This document shows positions 18,258 through 27,714 of a DNA stretch of 64,000 nt, one piece after another. The DNA is from Candidatus Bipolaricaulota bacterium. GTDB lineage: Bacteria; Patescibacteriota; Patescibacteriia; UBA11705; DATKZF01. The DNA lies in NCBI GenBank assembly GCA_035528115.1, contig DATKZF010000003.1, positions 551,089 through 615,088 of the forward strand, read 5' to 3'. Under the pieces are notes generated by a model, which worked only from the letters and a program-made list of their open reading frames with translations, was not told the origin of the DNA and made no database searches. Made by a program: the position numbers and the translations under genes. Within the stretch, counting starts at the first letter, position 1. Each line of letters begins with the position of its first letter.

Positions 18258-19862
18258 TTATAGCAGACCTTTAAGTTTAAGGTATCTTTTTATCTGCTTT
18301 TCCGCTTGCGGCGTCTTGACGAAATTCAACCAGTCCAGATCCGGGCCTTCCGAATTGATATCGGGAATTATTTCAATCACGTCCTCATTTTGCAGTTTTC
18401 TGTTCAATTCCGCCGGTTGATTGTTGATAATCGCGAATTTGCAGTAATTGCCAAGGTCGCTGTGAATCTGATAAGCGAAGTCCACGGGGGTCGAGCCTTT
18501 GGGCAGGGAAACGGCGTCGCCTTTGGGCGAATAGACGTAAATTTTTTCTTGAAATATTTTGCTGACCTCGTCTTCCCAAACGTTTTTGTGAAACAATGAT
18601 TTGCCCGTGTGGAGAATTTTTTTCGTCCAGTCGTCCTCTGATTCCTTGTTTTTATAAAAAAGCTGGGCGGCAATGCCGAATTGAGCGGAGCGGTGCATGT
18701 CCTTCGTTCGGATTTGAAATTCGGTCAATTGATTGCCGGGCCCGATGATCGTTGTGTGCAAAGTTTGATAGCCGTTTGATTTGGGAGAGGCGATATAGTC
18801 TTTTATTCTTTTGGGCACGGGCGGCCACAATCCGTGAATCAAGCTCAACATTAAGTAACAGTCGTCGACCGAATCGACAATAACGCGCAAAGCAAACACA
18901 TCGTAAATATTATTGAACGTTTTTTGTTTGGTTTTCATTTTTCGGTAAATGCTGTAGTAGTGTTTGAATCGGCCGTTGACATCGCATTTGATTTTCTTTT
19001 CTTCCGCCTCGTTTCTGACGGTTTTGGCGAGTTTGGCAATGTATTTGTCTCGTGTTTTTCTGTCTTCTTCGCCGAAACGTTTTTCGATTTTTTGATATTC
19101 TTCCGGCTGGAGTATGCGGAAGGAATAATCTTCGAGTTGCCAGCGAAGATGCCACACGCCCAGCATGTCCGCGATCGGCGCCAAAATTTCTTTGGCTTGT
19201 TTGGCCACGAGATAGCGATCTTCATCCGGTATTCTTTCGTAATTGATCAGAGAATCAATGGCCGAGGCCATTTTCACCAAAATTATGCGCACGTCTTGAG
19301 ACATCACCAGCAGGATTTCGCGTACATTGCTGTTGAAGCTTTTGGTTTTGTTGGCATAGTGATTGATTTTTTTGTACGTTTGCAAAATGTCCGCTAATTT
19401 TTTTCCCAACTTCTCTTCCACGATTTTGTCGGATTCGGGATTGAGCCGAGAGACATGGTGCAAAAGACCGGTGATAATCGTCAAATGATCCATGCCGGTT
19501 CGGCTTAATATCTCGGCGGTATTCAGGGAATGCCGCATGTATTCGATCTTTTGTATTTCCGAGAAAAGAGCCACGGCCAGATTCAAGGCCATGGCTATTT
19601 TAACGTTTTCTTCGCCGATGAGGGTCTTTATTTCTTTTTCCTTATCGGGATGATTTTTTAATATTTTATGCGCCAGCGCCGCGCCAATGAACCCCGCGCC
19701 GGCTCTGCCGGCCGCCAGCCGGTTCGCCAATTCGATTGTTTGAGATTTATCGTCAAAGCTCAATTCTCCGGCCGCGTTTTGGAAATATTCAAACATTGCC
19801 GAGAGAGCTTCGTGCCCTTCCGGCTTTCTTTCGATATATTCCGAGAGTATTTTGCTTTGCAT
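18258..19862 (-). CDS. Second RelA/SpoT homologue with degenerate HD region
   Basis: Intact synthetase (DYIASPKSNGYQTLHT, EFQIRT) and TGS; HD motif reads LLHHV. Confidence 0.9.
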   Translation of the reverse strand: MQSKILSEYIERKPEGHEALSAMFEYFQNAAGELSFDDKSQTIELANRLAAGRAGAGFIGAALAHKILKNHPDKEKEIKTLIGEENVKIAMALNLAVALFSEIQKIEYMRHSLNTAEILSRTGMDHLTIITGLLHHVSRLNPESDKIVEEKLGKKLADILQTYKKINHYANKTKSFNSNVREILLVMSQDVRIILVKMASAIDSLINYERIPDEDRYLVAKQAKEILAPIADMLGVWHLRWQLEDYSFRILQPEEYQKIEKRFGEEDRKTRDKYIAKLAKTVRNEAEEKKIKCDVNGRFKHYYSIYRKMKTKQKTFNNIYDVFALRVIVDSVDDCYLMLSLIHGLWPPVPKRIKDYIASPKSNGYQTLHTTIIGPGNQLTEFQIRTKDMHRSAQFGIAAQLFYKNKESEDDWTKKILHTGKSLFHKNVWEDEVSKIFQEKIYVYSPKGDAVSLPKGSTPVDFAYQIHSDLGNYCKFAIINNQPAELNRKLQNEDVIEIIPDINSEGPDLDWLNFVKTPQAEKQIKRYLKLKGLL

Positions 19863-19972
19863 ATTTATGTTTCCATTATAACAAATTTACAGAGATGTCA
19901 AAGGGAAAAGTCAATAATTATTAAAAAACAGCTTAAAATCGATGGGAGGCATTGTTTTGCGATTTATAAACA

Positions 19973-20080
19973 TTGACAAAATTAAAAATGTTTGCTATAA
20001 TACATATGTTGATGTTTTGGGACAGTTCCCAATGACGCGAACACTCCTTGTGCGTTTTCCTGCAAGGAGTGTTTTGTTTT
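19973..20080 (+). ncRNA. Orphan mini-transcript: consensus promoter, ~75 nt, intrinsic terminator (sRNA or attenuator remnant)
   Basis: TTGACA-17-TATAAT at 19973-20001; 11-bp stem AACACTCCTTG/CAAGGAGTGTT followed by a T-tract. Confidence 0.55.
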
Positions 20081-20082
20081 AA

Positions 20083-20293
20083 ACGTTACAAATTCCAGCA
20101 GCTGATAAGCTAGCCTTGGTTTTAGTTTTTGTGAGTCGTTACGAATGATTACAAATACGTTTACGTTACGAATTATTGCGGCTATTTAGCTATCCTTAGC
20201 GTCATATTTATTACAAATACGTTACAAATTCCAGCAGCTGATAAGCTTGCCTTGGTTTTTGGCTTTGTGAATCGTTACGAATAATTACAAATA
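20083..20293. repeat. TTAC(G/A)AAT-anchored repeat block with a ~75-bp unit duplicated at 136-bp spacing
   Basis: GTTACAAATTCCAGCAGCTGATAAGCT at 20085 and 20221. Confidence 0.8.
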
Positions 20294-20308
20294 ATGGGCG
20301 TAGGCGTT

Positions 20309-20444
20309 GTCATCTCGACCGCCTGCCTGCTCCTCGAGTCTGAGCTCGCCACTCGGCCGTGAGCTCGTGGCCGAACGGGAGTCGAAGACCGGCAGGCAGG
20401 AAGTCGTCCGAAGCCGCGGCGAAGGATGACGAAGTGGAGAGAGC
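20309..20444. mobile_element. GTCATCTCGACCG...GGAGAGA REP-like element with the 79-bp CCTGCCTGC element (20322-20400) nested inside
   Basis: The empty version is at 45417-45474. Confidence 0.85.
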
Positions 20445-20807
20445 TTTTCCATCTTGATTAAAAAGATTTATTCATTTTTTTTTCATGAATCGCGTTTTAT
20501 CAACACGGCGATTGGTTTTCAATCAATGATTTGCTAAAATATACGCGAGGGCCGCCGGAAACCCTAGCATCAACAATGTCATTGGGGTTACTATCCGGCA
20601 CCCTCACTTTCAAAATAAAAAATAAAAAATAAAATATAAAAAAATTGGAGTCCCTTGGCGGGACTTTTTTGTTTTTAAAATGGAAAGAGGAGTTTTAAAC
20701 GCTTTGCCACTTTGCGATTTCCCGCCCGCCTGTTGGCGGATTTTTATTGTAATGACGGAAAGGGGGCTCGGGAAATAAAAAAGAGGCGATTGCCTCTGAT
20801 TTTTTTA

Positions 20808-21209
20808 TTAAGAAATTTTTGATAAGTCCCCGCCTAAAACAATCGGTCGCATGGCTTTGATTTCGTCGGCATAACTCGTCTCGGGAATGTCATTAAGTAA
20901 AAATATTTTTTTGTTCAATACGTGCGCGAAGCCCATTTCCAGAAACGAATTGCCGCCGATGTAATTTTTGATATTGTTTTTATCCGCATTGACCACCAAG
21001 ATGGCGTCGCCTTTTTTTATTTCATTATAATAATGCCTGATCAGGTCGTGATCGATTTTATTTTGGATGGATTCATGGCTGGTCTCGCCGGGCTTGCCGC
21101 CGGCGTATTTTTCCGCGCCCCGCGGCAGAGTCGTTTGATGGCCCATTTGATTCAGTTGTTCGGCAATGTCCAGCATTTGTTTGGACGCGGACATGCTGCC
21201 GCGGTGCAT
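20808..21209 (-). CDS. Nucleoside 2-deoxyribosyltransferase-like protein, N-terminus apparently truncated
   Basis: GSM...DAILVVN...YIGGNSFLEMGFA...KKIFLLN; no hydrophobic first strand before GSM. Confidence 0.55.
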   Translation of the reverse strand: MHRGSMSASKQMLDIAEQLNQMGHQTTLPRGAEKYAGGKPGETSHESIQNKIDHDLIRHYYNEIKKGDAILVVNADKNNIKNYIGGNSFLEMGFAHVLNKKIFLLNDIPETSYADEIKAMRPIVLGGDLSKIS

Positions 21210-21263
21210 AGGAGTTTTGTGGGAAAGGTGAAATATTTTATATTGAAATTTTTTGTAATAATC

Positions 21264-21860
21264 TTAATAAAACTTAAAAGCAGTATGGGGTTGTGATAGT
21301 TTATCGAGATACTCATCAATATCCTCAATCAAAATTTTATTATCAATATTTTTAGATTTAAGCAAATTAGTAAAGCTTTTGTTTATAATATGGGATGAGC
21401 CGCAAATAAATAGAATTATTTTGTTCTCATTTAGTGACTTGCTTAACTGATTAAGCCAATGGTTTTCTCTCTTAGACCAGAATCCTTTTTTGGATTGATA
21501 TTGATAAATCAATTCATTCGTTGTTTTGATATAAATTTTTTTAGCACGGAGTTCGTTTTTAAATGTGTTATATTCTTTTGAAATTTCATTAGGATCAATG
21601 AGCATTCCTATTCTTTGTCTTTCCTGCTTGTCCATCTCGCAAAAAAGATGTTTGATGTCCGTGCCATTATTTATTAACTCATTTACAATCTTTTGACATG
21701 TGGATTCTTTTTCCCCGTCGCTGAGAGACTCTTGATTAAATTCCTCCGCCAATACTTGAATCTGGTATTGTTTGACGAGGTTTTTAATGGTTTTCTCAAA
21801 AGGTGCGTTCAATGTTGAAATATGTTGATATTTATGATCTACTCCGATTAAATAAAGCAT
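21264..21860 (-). CDS. AT-rich hypothetical protein, possibly TraB/GumN-like fold
   Basis: LIGVDH, LAEE, REnhW, FICGSSH motifs. Confidence 0.5.
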   Translation of the reverse strand: MLYLIGVDHKYQHISTLNAPFEKTIKNLVKQYQIQVLAEEFNQESLSDGEKESTCQKIVNELINNGTDIKHLFCEMDKQERQRIGMLIDPNEISKEYNTFKNELRAKKIYIKTTNELIYQYQSKKGFWSKRENHWLNQLSKSLNENKIILFICGSSHIINKSFTNLLKSKNIDNKILIEDIDEYLDKLSQPHTAFKFY

Positions 21861-21867
21861 AATTTCA

Positions 21868-22284
21868 TTATTCCTCATTAAAGAAATTTTTTCCATATTT
21901 GTCTTCCAGCCATTTATCCGCACTTTCATTGGATTCTTCAATGTTTTTACTTTCAACCTCTTTCATTAAGCGTTTTAACATCCTGTAATTTTTGTAGTAG
22001 AAAATATTAATCAATTCTTCTTTTTTGATTTTAAAATCCCGCTTGTTGTCGTACTCTTTTTCGATGAGAGCAGTTAAGGCCATCAAATATTCCGGATCGC
22101 TCGAAACAAAAGCTTCTTTGATTTTAGATAGATCCCGTTGATTTATTTCATTCTCTAACGCCACTCTTGTAATGGTGATTTCGCTTTGGTCAATAATATG
22201 GTTTTTTAACAGAATTTTTTCATAGCGGGAAATTAGAATTGTTAAAAATGAAAGCAAGTTATTATTCATTGTTGATTTAAACAT
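21868..22284 (-). CDS. AT-rich hypothetical protein
   Basis: Open frame of ~138 aa adjacent to the next ORF; no recognisable motif. Confidence 0.5.
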   Translation of the reverse strand: MFKSTMNNNLLSFLTILISRYEKILLKNHIIDQSEITITRVALENEINQRDLSKIKEAFVSSDPEYLMALTALIEKEYDNKRDFKIKKEELINIFYYKNYRMLKRLMKEVESKNIEESNESADKWLEDKYGKNFFNEE

Positions 22285-22583
22285 AGTTGATTTATTATTT
22301 GTGATTTTGTGTCTATAGATTACCAAAATCCTAACCCAACGTCAAAACCGAGCCCTGCCATGTTGAGATTCCCGCCTGCCCGCCTCAGGCGGGATCAAGT
22401 CGGGAATGACTGAAAAAAGGGAATGACGAAAGGGGCTCGGAATTGGAAATAAAAAAAGAGGCCAAGAAGGCCCCTTGATTTGGAAAAAAGAAACTGGAAA
22501 TTAGAAATCTGAAACTGGGGATGGAGAAGAAAATTGCTTCATTGTTTCATCGCTTCCCTGTTTCATGCTTCACGATCCATGAT

Positions 22584-24809
22584 TTATGACTCCGCCATTT
22601 CCGTATGCTTGCACTCTTTATTCGAACACCTGATGGTGCCCTTCGCGCCGAAGACCAGCTGGGAGCCGCAGTCCGGGCATTTTTTGTCAACCGGTTTTGA
22701 CCAGAACGCGGTTTTGCATTCCGGATAATTGGAACAGCCGTAGAAAGTCTTGCCGCGTTTGGATTTTCTTTCGATAATATCTCCCTTGCCGCAATTAGGA
22801 CATTTGACTCCGGTCGGTTTGAGTATGGGTTTGATGTTTTTGCATTCCGGATATTTCGAGCAGCCCAAAAATTTTCCATAGCGGCCGTGCTTGACCGTCA
22901 TGGGCGCTCCGCATTTGTCGCATTTTTCATTCGTGGCTTCGGTTTCTTCCTGAACTATTTCGGTACCGTTCGAAGAGACGATGTTTTTCGTGTTTTTGCA
23001 TTCGGGATAATTCGAGCACGCCAGGAATTTGCCGAAGCGGCCCATCTTAATGATCATGGGCGAGCCGCATTTTTCGCAAACCTCTTTAGTCTCTTCCTCA
23101 GTGATTTCTTTTTTGGAAATCTCTTTGTCTTTTTTGGTCAGATTTTCTTTGAACGGCGTGTAGAATTCTTCGATCAAGGGCTGCCATTCCTTTTTGCCTT
23201 CGGCTATGTTATCCAAGTCTTCTTCCATATGAGCGGTAAAGTCGTAATCAACAATTTGGGGAAAATGCGCCACCAAAAGATCATTGACCACGAAAGCGAT
23301 GTCCGTCGGAGCCAGTTTGCGGTCTTCTTTGATGACGTAATTTCTGTCTTGGATGGTGGCAATCGTCGGCGCGTAAGTCGAAGGCCGGCCGATGCCGCGC
23401 TCTTCCAGCGCTTTGACCAGAGTGGCCTCGCTGTAGCGGGCCGGCGGCTGAGTGAAATGCTGGAGCGGCGAGATTTCTTTGGCGTCCAGGTCGTCGCCTT
23501 CGCTGAGCGCGGGCAACAGAGTTTCTTGGGCTTGCGCGCCGTAGATTTTTTGCCAGCCGTCGAATTTGATCTGCGCGCCGCTGGCTCGGAAAACATATTC
23601 GCCGTCCTTGCTTTCGATGTCCACCGAAGTTTGGTTGATTTTGGCGTCGGCCATTTGGCCGGCCAGCGCCCGTTCCCAAATCAATTTGTACAACTTGTAT
23701 TGATTATTATTTAAAAAATTCTTGATTGTCTCGGGTTCGCGTCCGGCTACTGTCGGCCTGATGGCTTCGTGCGCTTCTTGCGCGCCTTTTGATTTTTTGT
23801 AAGTTTTGGCTCCTACCGCGAGATATTCTTTGCCGAATTTTTGGGAAATGAAATCTTTGGCGTCTGATTTGAATTCTTCCGACAAATTCAAGGAATCCGT
23901 TCTCATGTAAGTGATCATACCGGCTGATCCCTCGGAGCCGAGCTCGATTCCTTCGTAGAGCTGCTGGGCCAGCATCATGGTTTGCTTGGCGGAAAAATGC
24001 AGTTTGCTGTTGGCGTCTTGCTGCAAGGTCGAAGTCTTAAAAGGCGCCGGCGCTTTTTTCGTTGTTTCTTTGAGCTCTATTTTCGAAACTTTATAATTTT
24101 GATCTTTGAGTTTGTCCAGGATTTCTTTGGCTTGCTTTTCGTTTTTAATGTCCAGCTTCTTCAATGTTTTGCCATTTATGATATGAAGCTTGGCCGGAAA
24201 TTCGTTTTTATCTTTGCTGAAAATAGCTTCGATCGTCCAGTATTCTTCTTTTTTAAATGCTTGAATTTCTCGTTCGCGTTCGACGATCAATCTGACGGAC
24301 ACGGACTGAACGCGTCCGGCCGATAATCCCTTGGCCACTTTTTTCCATAAGAAAGGGGAGAGCTCATAGCCGACCAGTCGATCCAAAATTCGGCGCGCTT
24401 GCTGGGCGTTCACCAGATTCAAATCAATGGTTCTGGGCGTTTGCAAAGCTTTTTCAATGGCCGCTTTGGTGATTTCGTGAAATGTTATTCTTTCCGATTT
24501 GTTTTTTTTGGGTTTTAAAATGTGCGCCAAATGCCAAGCAATGGCTTCTCCTTCGCGGTCTTCGTCAGTCGCGAAATAGATCATGTCCGCTTTCTTGGCC
24601 GCTTCCTTTAATATTCCCACATTCTTTTTGGCTTTGGGCGGGATAACGTATTGAGGTTCGAAATTATGTTCGATGTCCACGCCCATCTTGGTTTTCGGCA
24701 AATCTCGGACATGTCCGAAAGAAGACAGAATGGTGTATTCGGCTCGAGGCAGAAATTTGGTGATGGTTTTGGCTTTGGTCGGGGACTCGACTATGATTAA
24801 ATTCTTCAT
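22584..24809 (-). CDS. topA: DNA topoisomerase I with C-terminal zinc ribbons
   Basis: IVESPTKA, ATDEDREGE, SAGRVQS, ITYMRTD, repeated CxxCG...C..YP.C. Confidence 0.97.
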   Translation of the reverse strand: MKNLIIVESPTKAKTITKFLPRAEYTILSSFGHVRDLPKTKMGVDIEHNFEPQYVIPPKAKKNVGILKEAAKKADMIYFATDEDREGEAIAWHLAHILKPKKNKSERITFHEITKAAIEKALQTPRTIDLNLVNAQQARRILDRLVGYELSPFLWKKVAKGLSAGRVQSVSVRLIVEREREIQAFKKEEYWTIEAIFSKDKNEFPAKLHIINGKTLKKLDIKNEKQAKEILDKLKDQNYKVSKIELKETTKKAPAPFKTSTLQQDANSKLHFSAKQTMMLAQQLYEGIELGSEGSAGMITYMRTDSLNLSEEFKSDAKDFISQKFGKEYLAVGAKTYKKSKGAQEAHEAIRPTVAGREPETIKNFLNNNQYKLYKLIWERALAGQMADAKINQTSVDIESKDGEYVFRASGAQIKFDGWQKIYGAQAQETLLPALSEGDDLDAKEISPLQHFTQPPARYSEATLVKALEERGIGRPSTYAPTIATIQDRNYVIKEDRKLAPTDIAFVVNDLLVAHFPQIVDYDFTAHMEEDLDNIAEGKKEWQPLIEEFYTPFKENLTKKDKEISKKEITEEETKEVCEKCGSPMIIKMGRFGKFLACSNYPECKNTKNIVSSNGTEIVQEETEATNEKCDKCGAPMTVKHGRYGKFLGCSKYPECKNIKPILKPTGVKCPNCGKGDIIERKSKRGKTFYGCSNYPECKTAFWSKPVDKKCPDCGSQLVFGAKGTIRCSNKECKHTEMAES

Positions 24810-25170
24810 ATGTTACAAATTACAAATAAATACAAATATTACCCTTCGACTCGCCCTTTGCGAAGCCTCGGGCTCGCTCAGGGCAGGCAAATGAGTTACA
24901 AATTACGATTAAGAAAAAAAATTATAAATGCAATATGCTTTTGATACTGCCATTATTTTGGAAAGTTGTCAAATTAAGGGATTGTTGATAAATAAACATG
25001 GAGAGTTTCGTCTCGCGCATTTGGCGCTTCACTGATAATAAAAAAATGACGCTGAGGAGGACCCTGACGAATGGAAGGGGACGACGAAGTGGGCCAGGCC
25101 GCCAGGCCATAACCTGCCCCCCGCCCTTTAAAATAAGCAATAAAAAGGGAGGGGGGACAAGGGGGGAGGG

Positions 25171-26427
25171 TTAAAAGCTTTTTCGGTTTTGCAAAATCCA
25201 TTCCTCCGATATCCAGGACTTTCTCAGCTCGCCGCAAAGAAAAGTGGAGCCGGTGATCAGCAGAAGTTGATTTTTTGAAAGATTCTTTTTCGCGGCGTCA
25301 AAAGCTTGCCATGGATCGAGAAACGCGCGGCACTTTGTTTTCGGCCAAACTTTTTTGACGGTTCTTTGAATTTCAAAAGGATTAATGGCCTGCCTTTGCT
25401 CGACCAAAAATCTGGTGGCGAAAATCTCGCAGTCGAAATTATCCAAAAGCGGTTTTAAACAAGCTTTGATATTTTTGGGAGAAGACAGAGCAAAAATAAT
25501 TTTGAGCCGTTTGGCTTTTTGAGTGTTTAATTTTTTAGACAAATATTTTATTTTTTCCGGATTATGCGCCGAATCAATGATGACGAGCGGATTTTTTTGT
25601 ATGATTTCAAATCGGCAAGGCAGTCCGGATTTTTTTAAGCCTTTCTCAATGAACTCGTCATTGATTTTCAAATGTTTGGCGATTGAAGATGCCAGCGCTT
25701 GATTGGGCTTGTCTTTGAATTTTACTTCAATCAATTTTGACTTTGTTTTTTTTGCTTCGTTTTCAAAAATTTTCAAAAACGTTCGATTCTTTTCTGTCGT
25801 AAAGCAAGTGTTTCGGTGAATGATGCCCGCTTTCTCGAAAGCCACGTCGGTTAAAGTCGGGCCGATGATGTGGAGGTGGTCATGGCCGATATTGATGATG
25901 GCCGCGATGTCGATTCGACTCATGGCATTGGCCGCGTCATGACGTCCGCCGCAGCCGACTTCGACGATTATGTAGTCGCATTTTTTTTCTTTGAAATACA
26001 TTAAGGCCAGCAAAGTGAAAATTTCAAAAAACGAAGGCAGATCAAATTTTTGAAAACATTTTTCAATGATCGGTTTCATTCTTTCAACCAGCCGCGCGAA
26101 TTCATCGGGCGAAATGTATTTGTCGCCGACTTTGATTCGTTCAATGGCGGTCGTTGAATGCGGAGAATAATAGGCGCCGACGTTTTTGCCCGCTTCAAAC
26201 AAAATTTGGCGCAAGGCGTCGACTGTCGAGCCTTTGCCCGAGGTGCCCGTGACCACGATTATTTTTTTCGCTGACTTTTCCGGATTGCCGGCCAATTTGA
26301 AAAGAGTTTGCGCTCGCTTCAAATAATGTTTGGGATCGGCGCAGCCCGAAAAAAAAGCGTCTTTCTTGATGTTGGACAAGGAGATGAGGTAATCTAGCGC
26401 TTGATTGTATTTTTTGTATGGAGTCAT
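25171..26427 (-). CDS. folC: Folylpolyglutamate synthase/dihydrofolate synthase family
   Basis: VTGTSGKGST, SPH, EVGCGGRHDAAN, CRFE, DSAHNP, TGSTFL. Confidence 0.88.
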   Translation of the reverse strand: MTPYKKYNQALDYLISLSNIKKDAFFSGCADPKHYLKRAQTLFKLAGNPEKSAKKIIVVTGTSGKGSTVDALRQILFEAGKNVGAYYSPHSTTAIERIKVGDKYISPDEFARLVERMKPIIEKCFQKFDLPSFFEIFTLLALMYFKEKKCDYIIVEVGCGGRHDAANAMSRIDIAAIINIGHDHLHIIGPTLTDVAFEKAGIIHRNTCFTTEKNRTFLKIFENEAKKTKSKLIEVKFKDKPNQALASSIAKHLKINDEFIEKGLKKSGLPCRFEIIQKNPLVIIDSAHNPEKIKYLSKKLNTQKAKRLKIIFALSSPKNIKACLKPLLDNFDCEIFATRFLVEQRQAINPFEIQRTVKKVWPKTKCRAFLDPWQAFDAAKKNLSKNQLLLITGSTFLCGELRKSWISEEWILQNRKSF

Positions 26428-26541
26428 GGGTAATAAATATTTTTATTAGGTTATTAGTCGAGTAGGTTCTTAGGTCTTATTGACTTCTTGGCTTACCTAA
26501 CAACCTAATAACCTACAAGCTCTGGCTTAATTATTCATGAT

Positions 26542-27636
26542 TCATGATTTAACAAACATCTGATTGCCCAAATCCCTGATCAAGCCTTTCATTTCCATTA
26601 TAGTCACATTCGCGTTTATTTTGGAAGCGGGCAGGCCGGTCAGTCTGGAAATTTTATCGATGTGAATCGGTTCGGATTTTAAAATATTCCAAATCAGTTT
26701 TTCTTCAACGGACAAATCGATTTCTTTTTTTCGTTCGACCAATTCTTCTATTTTTTCCATGTTCAATTCATCGAGAATGTCTTTGGTGGAGGTGGTGGCC
26801 TTGGCGCCTTGCTTGATCAGGTTGTTCGGCCCCAAGCTGGTCGGCGAATTGATCGGACCGGGCACGGCGAAAACTTCCCGATTTTGATCCAAGGCGTATT
26901 TGGCCGTGATCAAGGCGCCCGAGGTTTCGCCCGCTTCGACCACCAAAGTGCCCAAGCTCAAACCGGAAATGATTCTGTTTCTGGCCGGGAAATTGTGCGA
27001 AAGCGGCAAAGTGCCGATGGGAAATTCCGAAACGATCAGGCCGTTGTTTTCCAAAATCTGTTCGGCCAAATATCTGTTTGATGTCGGATAAATGTTGGCT
27101 TTGTCAAGACCCGATCCCAAAACCGCGATGGTTTTTCCAGCATGATCGATGGTGGTTTTGTGCGCCAGTGAGTCAATGCCCAGAGCGAGTCCGCTGACAA
27201 TGGTCAGATCATTTTTTATCAATTCAACAATCAAGTCCGGCAGGATTTGCCTGCCGTAATTGGATATTCTTCTGGTGCCGACCACGGCGAGGCAGTTGGT
27301 TTTTAGTAAATTCAGATTGCCTTTGTAAAATAAAAGAGCCGGATGATTATGAGCTTCTTTGAGCAAATCCGAATAAGCTTCGCTGTTCGAGGTGATGACT
27401 TTCAGGCCTTCTTTATTTAAAAGTTCGAGTTCTTTGTCCGGGTCAATCGAGTTTCTTTGAATAACGAATTCTTCGGCGATGTTTGGCGCCAGGCCGGAGA
27501 AAATCAAATCGGACAGTTCGCCTTGGAACGCGTCTTTGTAAGACGGAAAATACGTCATCAAACATTTCAGACGCGCCGCGCCGATTTTTTGGAACCTGAC
27601 AATGCCAAGTAAATATTTGAGTTCTTCTTTCAGCAT
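26542..27636 (-). CDS. dprA: DNA-processing protein DprA
   Basis: AVVGTR, IVSGLALGID, FPARNRIISG, SGALITA. Confidence 0.95.
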   Translation of the reverse strand: MLKEELKYLLGIVRFQKIGAARLKCLMTYFPSYKDAFQGELSDLIFSGLAPNIAEEFVIQRNSIDPDKELELLNKEGLKVITSNSEAYSDLLKEAHNHPALLFYKGNLNLLKTNCLAVVGTRRISNYGRQILPDLIVELIKNDLTIVSGLALGIDSLAHKTTIDHAGKTIAVLGSGLDKANIYPTSNRYLAEQILENNGLIVSEFPIGTLPLSHNFPARNRIISGLSLGTLVVEAGETSGALITAKYALDQNREVFAVPGPINSPTSLGPNNLIKQGAKATTSTKDILDELNMEKIEELVERKKEIDLSVEEKLIWNILKSEPIHIDKISRLTGLPASKINANVTIMEMKGLIRDLGNQMFVKS

Positions 27637-27714
27637 AAAGTTATTTTAATTTATCACAAATTTTTGAAATTACAAATAATTACGAATTGAGTTATCTAAG
27701 CTGAAGCGTTTGTA

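Noticed and set aside
24990-25100. Hammerhead-like words (CTGAGGA, CTGACGA, CGAAAC)
   Set aside because: The required stems do not form in the right order on either strand; it looks more like a decayed GAGGAG...CGACGAAG REP.
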